This document shows positions 1 through 8,656 of a stretch of 60,732 bases of DNA, one piece after another. The notes under the pieces were generated by a model. It searched no databases, was not told the origin of the DNA, and saw only the letters and a list, made by a program, of their open reading frames with translations. Position 1 is the first letter of the stretch. Every line of letters starts with the position of its first letter. The DNA lies in assembly GCA_964421975.1 (NCBI GenBank), contig CAYQZL010000006.1, positions 1 through 60,732 of the forward strand, read 5' to 3'. Source of the stretch: an uncultured Rikenellaceae bacterium. Lineage in GTDB: Bacteria; Bacteroidota; Bacteroidia; Bacteroidales; VadinHA17. Both the position numbers and the translations under genes were made by a program.

Positions 1-58
1 CCTGGTAACACAATCTCAACCGGCAGCCATTCCCGTACTGAGGTTTTACAGAATTTTA

Positions 59-1099
59 TCAATTATCTAAAAGCAGGAACTTATCCTGTTTTTCCAGCAC
101 CTCTCCTATGATTGCAGAAGTGGTCAGACCTGCAGAATGAAGTTCAGAAAGAACATCTGCCGACTTTTCACAGTGAACGCACATCAGAAGTCCTCCGGAG
201 GTTTGTGCATCACAGGCGATCATCTTAAGATTATAGTCAAGATCAGATGAAAAATCTGTAACAGAGTCAATATAATCAAGGTTTCTGAATGAAGCGCCGG
301 GGATGCAGCCGTCATCTGTTATTTTCAGGGTACTGCCGATAAGCGGGACACTCTTCATATTAATTCTGATGGTCACCTTGCCTGCATTTGCCATCTTAAG
401 GGCATGACCTGCAAGTCCGAACCCGGTAACATCAGTTGCTCCGCGGATATTGAATTTTTTCATTACCTCAGCTCCTGCCCTGTTCAGCATCTTCATATTC
501 ATTTTTGCAAGGGAAATATCCTCATCAGAAGCAAGACCGAACCTGTGCCCTGACAGGATAGTACCTGTTCCAATAGGCTTTGTCAGTATGATATGGTCCC
601 CGGGACGTGCCCCTGCATTTGTGATTATTTTCAGGGGATGTATATAACCAATAACTGCAAGTCCGTATTTCGGCGGAAAATCATCAATAGTATGTCCGCC
701 AATTATTCTTACTCCCGCTTCAGATGCAATATCATATCCGCCCCTTAGAATCTCAGTATAAGCTTCAGCCGGCAGGCGGGCAGATGGGAACATCATAATA
801 TTCAGGGCTATAACGGGATCACCTCCCATTGCATAAATATCACTTATTGAATTAGCTGCAGCTATCTGTCCGAATTCATATGGATCACTGCATACCGGAG
901 GGAAAAAATCTGTTGTAAATACCAGTGCCAGCTCATCATTTACCCTGTACACTCCGGCGTCATCCGAAGTATCAACATCAACCAGTATATTCTTATCAGC
1001 TGAAACCGGAAGTAATCTGAGTATCTCTTCCAGCTGCTTCGGGGAAATCTTAGAGGAACAACCTCCGGTTTCAACCATTTGAAGAAGATCAGTCTTCAT
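59..1099 (-). CDS. selD: Selenide, water dikinase (selenophosphate synthetase), Cys form
   Basis: N-terminal GGCSSK (catalytic C-x-x-K; the codon is TGT, not TGA), DDAGVY, TTDFFPP, AAANSISDIYAMGG, GGHTI, DVTGFGLAGH, DAQTSGGLL. Confidence 0.95.
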   Translation of the reverse strand: MKTDLLQMVETGGCSSKISPKQLEEILRLLPVSADKNILVDVDTSDDAGVYRVNDELALVFTTDFFPPVCSDPYEFGQIAAANSISDIYAMGGDPVIALNIMMFPSARLPAEAYTEILRGGYDIASEAGVRIIGGHTIDDFPPKYGLAVIGYIHPLKIITNAGARPGDHIILTKPIGTGTILSGHRFGLASDEDISLAKMNMKMLNRAGAEVMKKFNIRGATDVTGFGLAGHALKMANAGKVTIRINMKSVPLIGSTLKITDDGCIPGASFRNLDYIDSVTDFSSDLDYNLKMIACDAQTSGGLLMCVHCEKSADVLSELHSAGLTTSAIIGEVLEKQDKFLLLDN

Positions 1100-1114
1100 T
1101 TCCTTAATACTGCT

Positions 1115-1855
1115 TCAGGGTCTCACTACATGCCCGGCTGATGCCATTACCTGTGCTATTTCATACATGTTGCTCAGTGTTCCGGTCTTTATCTTGCCGT
1201 CAAGCGAAAAATACTTTACACAAGTTGAACAGACCAGGATCCTTACACCCATCCTGTCTATTTCGGAAATAAACTCCGAAACCGGTGATTCGGGAATTAG
1301 GAGTCTGACTCCGCCTTTATAAAATAACATAGCTGAAGGAAGGGCATCAAGATCTTTTATGGCTTTAATGAAATTAGCCATCAGAATATCACCCAGCTCT
1401 TCATCACCTTCTCCCATTTTATCGGAGCTGAACACAATAACAAAATCGCCTTTGGTGAAATGAGGAACAGATATATTGCAATACATCTCCGCCTCCTGTC
1501 TGTACTCACCATCACCCTCAACCTCATCCTTAACCTCATCCTTAACCTCATCCTCAACCTCAGCCTCAGCCTTAACCTCAGCCTTAACCTTAACCTCAGC
1601 CTTAACCTCAGCCTTAACCTCAGCCTCAGTCTTTCCCGCCATTCCTTTCCTTATGTCAAGTATCCATTCTCCGTCAGTTTCCTTAACTGTAAACTCCGCC
1701 ATGTTGTCTTTAAGATAACGTTTCAGGTTGTCAAGTGAAGTTTTACTGTCTGTCAGTAACCTGAACATCTCTCCTTCAGCCGTTTCCCTGAGAGCCTTCC
1801 TTGCAGCTATGATCGGAGCCGGACATAGGAGTCCCCTTGTATCTGTAATTTTCAT
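1115..1855 (-). CDS. yedF: YedF-like selenium metabolism sulfurtransferase (TusA domain + DsrE-like domain) with an internal repeat insert
   Basis: DTRGLLCPAP (TusA CPxP motif); C-terminal GEGDEELG..LM.NF and VCSTC; directly upstream of selD. Confidence 0.85.
   Translation of the reverse strand: MKITDTRGLLCPAPIIAARKALRETAEGEMFRLLTDSKTSLDNLKRYLKDNMAEFTVKETDGEWILDIRKGMAGKTEAEVKAEVKAEVKVKAEVKAEAEVEDEVKDEVKDEVEGDGEYRQEAEMYCNISVPHFTKGDFVIVFSSDKMGEGDEELGDILMANFIKAIKDLDALPSAMLFYKGGVRLLIPESPVSEFISEIDRMGVRILVCSTCVKYFSLDGKIKTGTLSNMYEIAQVMASAGHVVRP
1516..1629. repeat. 19 tandem degenerate hexamers (CCTCAG/CCTTAA/CCTCAT/CCTCAA) in frame inside yedF
   Basis: Counted directly; encodes AE/VK/DE/VE dipeptides on the minus strand. 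Confidence 0.95.
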
Positions 1856-2847
1856 TTTTCCTGTGTTTTTTTTCTTGTTGTGATCTCAGCCAGTCTGCCC
1901 AGAATTATCCTGCCTCTGGCGATAATTCCCGGAGATGTTTCGCCACGGAGCATGTTTATTGAAGCTGAAAGCTCATTAGCCAGTTCGGGATAGACAAGCG
2001 CAAGCTGGTATATTATCTCCATTGAATAAGCTTTTATCGCAACAGCCGACAAACCTGAATTCAAGGCCTTAAAACAGTAGTCGGCCAGTATTCCGTGGTG
2101 TTTAAGGCTCATTTGTTTAATATCGATCATTGAAATGATCCTTAAAAAAGAGCGCCGGACACTATCATTGTCAAGAGAATTCAGCTTTTCGATGATTCCG
2201 GGAACAAAGGGAGCGACGATTTCCGGGTTTTTATCAAATACTTTCGATAAGGTCCATGATGCGCGGAACGAAAGTTTCCTGTCTTCACTGTATGAAAATT
2301 CCAGCAATTTTAAAACAAGTGCCGGATTATCGAGTGCTGTTACAGCAAGCCAGTCCGCTTCCTGTGTACTCATCATGCTGTATATCATTTTCTGAATCTC
2401 CTGTTCAGTTCCAGGATCTATGCCGTTCGTATTATGAGTTTCGTTTGCAGATGGCAGATTACAGTTATTCCGGAGATATTGATCGAGAACACGCAGATCA
2501 GCCTCCTGGAAGTCAAATGATCTAAGTTCCTCCGGCACGCACCACCTGAAATCATTATGTTCCGTAAGAAGGGGTAACTCATCCAGTGTATCGCAGATAA
2601 AGGGGATCAGTCGTATTTTTTTATGCCCGTAATCGTGGTTCACGGGATGAAGCTTTCCGCAGATAACGATATCTAAAAAAAGTTCCTCCCTGATCTCCCT
2701 GATTATACATTCCTCCTCTGTTTCTCCCTTTTTTATCTTTCCTCCGGGGAACTCCCACTTGTAAGGATGATCGCTCTGTTCTCCCCTCTGGACAACAAGC
2801 ACTTCATTCTCTTCATTCCTTATGATTGCACAGGTTACGTTTATCAT
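1852..2847 (-). CDS. NUDIX hydrolase (MutT/NudG-like) fused to a helical HEAT/ARM-like domain
   Basis: Nudix box GKIKKGETEEECIIREIREEL and WEFPGG in the N-terminal ~130 aa; C-terminal part is helical repeats (RASWTL, VRRSFLRII); ATGA overlaps with both neighbours. Confidence 0.8.
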   Translation of the reverse strand: MINVTCAIIRNEENEVLVVQRGEQSDHPYKWEFPGGKIKKGETEEECIIREIREELFLDIVICGKLHPVNHDYGHKKIRLIPFICDTLDELPLLTEHNDFRWCVPEELRSFDFQEADLRVLDQYLRNNCNLPSANETHNTNGIDPGTEQEIQKMIYSMMSTQEADWLAVTALDNPALVLKLLEFSYSEDRKLSFRASWTLSKVFDKNPEIVAPFVPGIIEKLNSLDNDSVRRSFLRIISMIDIKQMSLKHHGILADYCFKALNSGLSAVAIKAYSMEIIYQLALVYPELANELSASINMLRGETSPGIIARGRIILGRLAEITTRKKTQEK

Positions 2848-3308
2848 TTCAGCAAGCCAGGTAAATCTTCATACAAGGGTATGGCGTAAAGGTATTCCGG
2901 TTTCCGGGTTTCACCGGGCAGTTTACATGCATAATGATGAATACCGTTGGTAACGATCAGAAATGGCACCCTGAATTTCATATTATATGTTGCGATCTGT
3001 TCAAATACAGGCTCGTCCAGAGGCACATCATATGATTTGCACTCAACTATCATTACAGGTCTTCCTGTACGGTCGTGGATGAGTATATCAACTCTTTTTT
3101 TCAGCTTGTTATATGGTGCAGGAACTTCAATCCCGATAAGACCCGGGGGATATTTCCCTTCCCTTATCAGATACTGAACAAAGTTCTGCCTGACCCATTC
3201 TTCGGGAGTAAGTTTTACATACTTCCTCCTGAGTTTGTCAAGGATCATTTTCTTCCCATCCTGCTCAATGATCCGGAATGAATATTCAGGCAGATTTAAC
3301 TCTTTCAA
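2844..3308 (-). CDS. Stand-alone HsdR N-terminal-like PD-(D/E)xK protein
   Basis: TPEEWVRQ, RVDILI...IVECK, QIATYN, TNG. The start is moved from 3377 to the TTG at 3308 because a -7 promoter element lies at 3331-3338. Confidence 0.8.
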   Translation of the reverse strand: MKELNLPEYSFRIIEQDGKKMILDKLRRKYVKLTPEEWVRQNFVQYLIREGKYPPGLIGIEVPAPYNKLKKRVDILIHDRTGRPVMIVECKSYDVPLDEPVFEQIATYNMKFRVPFLIVTNGIHHYACKLPGETRKPEYLYAIPLYEDLPGLLK

Positions 3309-3318
3309 CTTAGTTTTG

Positions 3319-3338
3319 TACTTTTGACAGCAAATATA
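3319..3338. promoter_or_regulatory. Overlapping divergent Bacteroidota -7 promoter elements
   Basis: TACTTTTG at 3319-3326 (+, towards amn) and TATATTTG at 3338-3331 (-, towards the HsdR-N/NUDIX/yedF/selD operon); consensus is TAnnTTTG. Confidence 0.6.
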
Positions 3339-3366
3339 TTGAGATAATCCATAAAAGTCTGCAATA

Positions 3367-4140
3367 ATGAAAACCAAAGAGGAGATTGTTAATAACTGGC
3401 TTCCAAGATATACCGGAAAAAAGATCGAAACTTTCGGGAAATATTTTCTCCTGACAAATTTTCTGTATTATGTGGAACTTTTTGCAAAGCTGAATAATGT
3501 CGAGATAGAAGGTAAAGATAAGAACATGTCCAGTGCAACATCAACTGACGGGATTACCATTATCAATTTCGGAATGGGCAGTCCGAATGCTGCAACGGCA
3601 ATGGATCTTCTCAGTGCAGTATCTCCCAGTGCAGTGCTGTTTCTGGGAAAATGCGGCGGACTGAAAAAGAAGAACAAGCTTGGCGACCTTATTCTCCCCA
3701 TAGCAGCCATCAGAAGTGATGGTACTTCAAATGATTATCTGCCTGTAGAGGTACCTGCATTACCTGCATTTAAGCTTCAGAGTGCCATTTCAGCATCAAT
3801 AATACGGTATAAAAAAGTTTACTGGACAGGTACAGTTTATACAACAAACAGAAGGGTCTGGGAATATGATGACAGGTTCAAAAAATACCTTGTAAAAACG
3901 AGGGCTATGGCAATAGATATGGAAACTGCAACTATATTTACGGTGGGTTTTGCAAATGAAATACCTACCGGCGCGTTGTTACTGGTCTCAGATCAGCCAA
4001 TGATATCAGCAGGCATAAAAACAGAAGCAAGCGACAGAAAGGTAACGGGTAAATTCGTTGAAACCCATCTTAAAATTGGCATTGATGCCCTTCGGGAAAT
4101 AAAAAATAACGGGATCTCTGTAAAACACCTACGGTTCTGA
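3367..4140 (+). CDS. amn: AMP nucleosidase
   Basis: MKTKEEIVNNWLPRYTG start, INFGMGSPNAA, LFLGKCGGL, AIDMETAT, LLLVSDQP. Confidence 0.93.
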   Translation: MKTKEEIVNNWLPRYTGKKIETFGKYFLLTNFLYYVELFAKLNNVEIEGKDKNMSSATSTDGITIINFGMGSPNAATAMDLLSAVSPSAVLFLGKCGGLKKKNKLGDLILPIAAIRSDGTSNDYLPVEVPALPAFKLQSAISASIIRYKKVYWTGTVYTTNRRVWEYDDRFKKYLVKTRAMAIDMETATIFTVGFANEIPTGALLLVSDQPMISAGIKTEASDRKVTGKFVETHLKIGIDALREIKNNGISVKHLRF

Positions 4141-4141
4141 A

Positions 4142-5152
4142 ATGGAAATAAACTATGAAGAAATAATCTCCGACCTCAGGAAAAGGATTTTTAAACCTGT
4201 TTATTTTCTTGCAGGGGAAGAGCCTTATTATATTGACCTTATCACTGACTATATAGAACAGAATGTACTTCCCGAGGCCGACAGATCTTTTAACCAGATG
4301 GTACTGTATGGTGAGGATACCTCGGTCGGCAATATAATTGAAATATCGAGGCGATATCCGATGATGGCTACCCATCAGGTTGTCATTATAAAAGAAGCAC
4401 AGGTTATAAAAAAGATCGAAGACCTGGCTATTTATGTAGAAAAACCTCTGGCATCAACCATTCTGGTAATCAATTATAAATACAAAACACTCGATAAGAG
4501 AACCCGCCTGGTAAAGCTTCTTGATAATTATGGTATCTACTTTGAATCCAACAGGTTGAGAGATTATCAGGTTCCGGCCTGGATAGACAGGTTCCTGATG
4601 ATACAGGAAATTAAAAGTGAGCCGGATGTCAGTGCAATGCTTACCGAATACCTTGGTAATGATCTTCATAAGATCGCCAATGAACTGAATAAACTGATAA
4701 TAACACTGCCTGAAGGTAAGCCTGTAATAACAACAAATCTGATTGAGAAAAACATCGGGATCAGCAAGGATTATAACAACTTTGAATTACAGAAAGCGGT
4801 TGGCGAAAGAAATATACTGAAAGCCAATATGATAGTTCATCACTTTGCTTCCAATCCAAAGGATAATCCGATAACACTCACAATTGCATCTCTGTTCAGC
4901 TACTTCAGCAAACTGCTTACTTACCATTATCTTACCGATAAATCCAGAAACAACGTTGCTGCGGCGCTGAAAATCAATCCCTTCTTTGTAAGGGATTATG
5001 AAACGGCTGCAATGAAATACAATGTGACAAAGACCTTACAGGTCATCAGCCTGTTAAGGATATTCGATCTGAAATCAAAGGGAGTCGGAGATATGGGCAG
5101 CGAAGCGGGCGATCTGCTTAAAGAGTTGGTATTTAAGATTTTACATCTTTAA
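4142..5152 (+). CDS. holA: DNA polymerase III delta subunit
   Basis: PVYFLAGEEPYYID, YPMM...QVVIIKEAQ, GISKDYNNFELQKA; follows amn as is usual in Bacteroidota. Confidence 0.93.
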   Translation: MEINYEEIISDLRKRIFKPVYFLAGEEPYYIDLITDYIEQNVLPEADRSFNQMVLYGEDTSVGNIIEISRRYPMMATHQVVIIKEAQVIKKIEDLAIYVEKPLASTILVINYKYKTLDKRTRLVKLLDNYGIYFESNRLRDYQVPAWIDRFLMIQEIKSEPDVSAMLTEYLGNDLHKIANELNKLIITLPEGKPVITTNLIEKNIGISKDYNNFELQKAVGERNILKANMIVHHFASNPKDNPITLTIASLFSYFSKLLTYHYLTDKSRNNVAAALKINPFFVRDYETAAMKYNVTKTLQVISLLRIFDLKSKGVGDMGSEAGDLLKELVFKILHL

Positions 5153-5162
5153 TACATACATA

Positions 5163-5753
5163 CTAATTCATATCCGGTGATTCAGGAAAATCGGCCCACA
5201 CGCGATATTTGTTTTTCAATCCCCTGAGCACCCGTTTCCAGCTTATATTGATCTGATTATTGAGAACTACATCTGTTGCCACCCGTGCAATGACCCATGA
5301 ATTTTCTTTCAGTTCCCGTTCCAGTTGTCCGGCTGACCATCCTGAATAACCAAGGAAAAACCTGATCTGGGATCTGTTCAGATTCCCGGATTTTATCATA
5401 TTTCTGATGTACTCGATGTCGCCTCCCCAGAATATATTTTCATTGACCCAGACACTTTTCGGGATCATATCGCCCATGCTGTGGAGATAATGAAGGGTAT
5501 CCGGGGCAACGGGACCTCCCATGCTCAGATATTCTTCCCATCCTTCGAAGCCCGATATGGCATCACATACCTTTATTTCAAGCTTTTTATTGAGAATGAA
5601 TCCAACGGAACCTTCTGCATTATGATCAGCGAGATATACAATGGTCCGGTTGAAAAATGTATCAGGAAGGAAAGGTTCCGAAATAAGTATTTTACCCTTT
5701 TCCGGTATCTTATCCTCAGGCAGTATAGTAAACAGATCCAGCTCCTCTTTCAT
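5163..5753 (-). CDS. YqgE/AlgH family protein
   Basis: ILISEPFL.D.FF.RTIV, GFILNK, GGPV, RFFLGYSGWSAGQLE; likely start at ATG 5753. Confidence 0.9.
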   Translation of the reverse strand: MKEELDLFTILPEDKIPEKGKILISEPFLPDTFFNRTIVYLADHNAEGSVGFILNKKLEIKVCDAISGFEGWEEYLSMGGPVAPDTLHYLHSMGDMIPKSVWVNENIFWGGDIEYIRNMIKSGNLNRSQIRFFLGYSGWSAGQLERELKENSWVIARVATDVVLNNQINISWKRVLRGLKNKYRVWADFPESPDMN

Positions 5754-5893
5754 ATCGCAAAAATGACATGCCAATTTACAAAAATTTCTTAAAATGGCCA
5801 TAAGTATAAACAGATGCCATAGAGAAATTCACAAAAACCACACCAGGAAAAGCCAGGCAGTAATTAATTTTAACGTTTTAAAATCTTAAAAGT

Positions 5894-8305
5894 TTAAAAT
5901 TTTGCCGGCACAGCTTCTTTCATCATATTGTAAACTGCATCAAAAACATCCTCAGCACTTGGTTTGGAGAAATAATCACCATCGGTCGTATAAGCCGGTC
6001 GATGCTCTTTCCCGGTAAGGGTACGCGGAAGTGAGTCGAGATAATTCCATCCACCCTGTCTTTCCAGGATTTCCTGCATCATGTAGGCAGTTGTACCGCC
6101 GGGAACGTCTTCATCCAGAAGAAGCAACCTGTTTGTCTTTTTCAGGGATTCAAGTATTATCCCTTTCAGGTCAAAAGGAACAAGTGTTTGCACATCAATC
6201 AGTTCTACCGAAATATCATGTAAAGCAAGCTGGTTAACCGCTTCATATGCTATCCTGACAGTTGATCCGTAGGTTACCAGGGTCACATCACTTCCTTTGC
6301 TGATAATTTCAGGTACTCCCAGTGGAATACGGTATTCGCCAATGTTATCCGGCATTTTTTCTCTCAGTCTGTAACCATTAAGAGGCTCTATCACAATTGC
6401 AGGATCGTTTCCCTGAAGAAGAGTATTATAGAATCCGGCTGCTCTTGTCATATCTCTCGGACTGCAGACATAAACACCTCTGACGGAATTGATCAGCATG
6501 CTCATTGGAGAACCTGAATGCCAGATACCTTCCAGCCTGTGTCCCCTTGTGGAAATAATCAGGGGTGCTATCATCCGGCCTGCCGTACGGTAATGGGTGG
6601 TAGCCAGATCATCGCTTAGTATCTGAAGTGCATACATCAGGTAATCGAGATACTGTATCTCTGCAATTGGCCTCATACCTCTCAGTGCCAGGCCGATACC
6701 CTGACCAAGAATTGTTGCTTCCCTTATCCCGGTATCAGTTATACGGAGTTCCCCGTATTTTTTCTGTAAACCTTCAAGCGACTGGTTAACTCCCCCGATG
6801 TTTCCTGTATCCTCCCCGAATGTTACCAGTAATGGATATAAGGTAAAAAGCTTATCGTAGTTGTCCCTCAGTATCTGACGGCCCGGCACTTCAGGTGAAT
6901 TATCAGAATAAACAGGATCAATTGGCTTTACATTCAGTACAGATGTCGGTGTTTCGTTATAAAGGAATTTATTATAACTCAATGAAGCATCTTCATAGTT
7001 CCTTTTCAGCCATCCGTGAAGCTCTTCCCTTAGATTATCAGCTTTGTTACATGTTTCACAGATATTTCTGAGAATTTTACGTGCTGCCATGAAATTATCT
7101 CTGCGGATAGGATGAAGGACTCCGGTTAGTTCCGTTGTAATAGCTTCCACTGAAGCTTCCTTAACCTCTTCGTGACACCGGCATGTGCGTTCATTTATTA
7201 TCTTAACAAGGGCATCACGCTCAATTCTGATAGGATTCTGGAACATCTCCCATCCTTTCTTTCTTGATTCCCTTGCTTCTGATTCTGCATCAGCGGCGAG
7301 TAAATCAAGTTCTTCGGCAGATGCTATCTTATTTGTTATGATCCACTCTCTCATTTTTCTAACAGGATCATATTCCTCTTCCCATTTAAGTCTTTCAGGG
7401 CTCTTGTAACGTTCATGTGAACCCGATGTCGAATGGCCAAGTGGTTGTGTCACCTCTTCTACATGAAATACCACCGGTATATGATCTCTCCTGCAAAGCT
7501 CAACACCTTCCCTGTAGAGCTTTATGAGTCCCGGATAATCCCATCCCTTTCCTTTAAAAATCTTTATTCCCGGTTTGCCCGGCTCGTCTTCAAAACCCTT
7601 CAGTATATCCGAGATGCTTCCTTTGGTAGTCTGATATTTCTTTGGAACCGATATTCCATATCCGTCATCATAAACCGACAAAGCAATGGGTACCTGCAAC
7701 ACACCTGCAGCATTTATTGTTTCCCAGAAATGGCCTTCCGATGTACTGGCATCACCAATTGACCCAAAAGCTACCTCATTTCCCTTATTCGTAAGTGTTG
7801 TATATCCGTGCAGTTCGCTGTTCTGTCTGAAGAGCTTTGATGCATATGCCAGTCCCAGAAGCCTTGGCATTTGTCCTGCAGTCGGAGAAATATCGGAAGA
7901 AGAATTCTTCTGTTTCATCAGATCACGCCAGGATCCGTCTGAATTGACATTCGGTACAGAAAAATGATTGTTAAATACTCTTCCCCCATTGCCAGGATTG
8001 AGTTCCCTGTCGGTATTGCCATAAAGCTGGTGGAAAAATTGTACCGAATCATAAAGCTTCATAGCCATCATCCATGTCTGATCCCTGTAATATCCTGACC
8101 TCCAGTCGCCTTCCCTGAATTGTTTAGCCATTGCAAGTTGAATTATCTCTTTTCCGTCTCCGAATATTCCGAATTTAGCTTTCCCGGTAAGAACTTCACG
8201 CCGGCCTATAATACTAAGGTTACGGCTCAGGTTTGCAAGCCGGAAATCTGCAAGGACCTCTTCCCTGCTTATGCCAGATTCGTTTAATATATTGTCTGAA
8301 TTCAT
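5894..8305 (-). CDS. 2-oxoacid (probably branched-chain) dehydrogenase E1, fused alpha/beta
   Basis: TPP motif GDASTSEGHFWE, GHSTS, DTGIREATILG, EIQYLDY; 803 aa fusion. Confidence 0.9.
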   Translation of the reverse strand: MNSDNILNESGISREEVLADFRLANLSRNLSIIGRREVLTGKAKFGIFGDGKEIIQLAMAKQFREGDWRSGYYRDQTWMMAMKLYDSVQFFHQLYGNTDRELNPGNGGRVFNNHFSVPNVNSDGSWRDLMKQKNSSSDISPTAGQMPRLLGLAYASKLFRQNSELHGYTTLTNKGNEVAFGSIGDASTSEGHFWETINAAGVLQVPIALSVYDDGYGISVPKKYQTTKGSISDILKGFEDEPGKPGIKIFKGKGWDYPGLIKLYREGVELCRRDHIPVVFHVEEVTQPLGHSTSGSHERYKSPERLKWEEEYDPVRKMREWIITNKIASAEELDLLAADAESEARESRKKGWEMFQNPIRIERDALVKIINERTCRCHEEVKEASVEAITTELTGVLHPIRRDNFMAARKILRNICETCNKADNLREELHGWLKRNYEDASLSYNKFLYNETPTSVLNVKPIDPVYSDNSPEVPGRQILRDNYDKLFTLYPLLVTFGEDTGNIGGVNQSLEGLQKKYGELRITDTGIREATILGQGIGLALRGMRPIAEIQYLDYLMYALQILSDDLATTHYRTAGRMIAPLIISTRGHRLEGIWHSGSPMSMLINSVRGVYVCSPRDMTRAAGFYNTLLQGNDPAIVIEPLNGYRLREKMPDNIGEYRIPLGVPEIISKGSDVTLVTYGSTVRIAYEAVNQLALHDISVELIDVQTLVPFDLKGIILESLKKTNRLLLLDEDVPGGTTAYMMQEILERQGGWNYLDSLPRTLTGKEHRPAYTTDGDYFSKPSAEDVFDAVYNMMKEAVPAKF

Positions 8306-8397
8306 TTTTAAACAAATAATTTATGATTTATGTCGTAATTCACACATTAAACAAATTTTCCGCCGTCTTGTTTAATTATTACAGATGAAATGATGAT

Positions 8398-8405
8398 TAT
8401 ATTTG
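8398..8405 (+). promoter_or_regulatory. -7 promoter element, possibly giving a leaderless transcript
   Basis: TATATTTG ends 4 nt before the ATG at 8410. Confidence 0.55.
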
Positions 8406-8409
8406 CCCC

Positions 8410-8625
8410 ATGTTTATCAAACTGCTCATCATAAGTATAATTTTTCTTGGCATTTCATTTACGGGACTTGCCATAAGAGTGTTGTTACGATCAGGCGGCC
8501 GTTTTCCCGAAACACATACAGGCAGGAATAAGGAAATGCGAAAGCTTGGTATCAGATGTGCACAGAAGACTGATATAGGATGTACCGGAGCCGGTCAGAA
8601 AGGAAGCTGTGAAAGCTGTGGTTAA
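8410..8625 (+). CDS. Small single-TM protein with a Cys-rich tail (candidate NqrM-like factor)
   Basis: Hydrophobic N-terminal helix, GGRFPETH, four Cys ending in SCESCG; has its own promoter; convergent with apbE. Confidence 0.7.
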   Translation: MFIKLLIISIIFLGISFTGLAIRVLLRSGGRFPETHTGRNKEMRKLGIRCAQKTDIGCTGAGQKGSCESCG

Positions 8626-8656
8626 TAGATATCCATCAAATATCTGCATAGATATA

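Noticed and set aside
18-32. Minus-strand ATG GCT GCC GGT TGA just after selD, considered as a selenoprotein start
   Set aside because: No room to see a SECIS element and no recognisable redox motif. I saw no in-frame TGA read-through candidate in any other gene of the window.
1-111. Open frames at the left edge: a + frame 1-111 (...HSRTEVLQNFINYLKAGTYPVFPAPLL*) and a - frame starting at TTG 62 that overlaps the selD stop (LIKFCKTSVREWLPVEIVLP...)
   Set aside because: Both are too short to identify. One is probably a truncated neighbour gene, but I cannot tell which.
1460-1738. Plus-strand ORFs with LN/LS or S/T/A/L repeats
   Set aside because: Antisense readings of the hexamer array inside yedF.
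2844-3377. HsdR-like gene as a restriction or anti-phage system
   Set aside because: No helicase domain and no hsdM/hsdS. This stand-alone domain next to amn-holA is a common Bacteroidota arrangement. The extension to 3377 crosses its own promoter.
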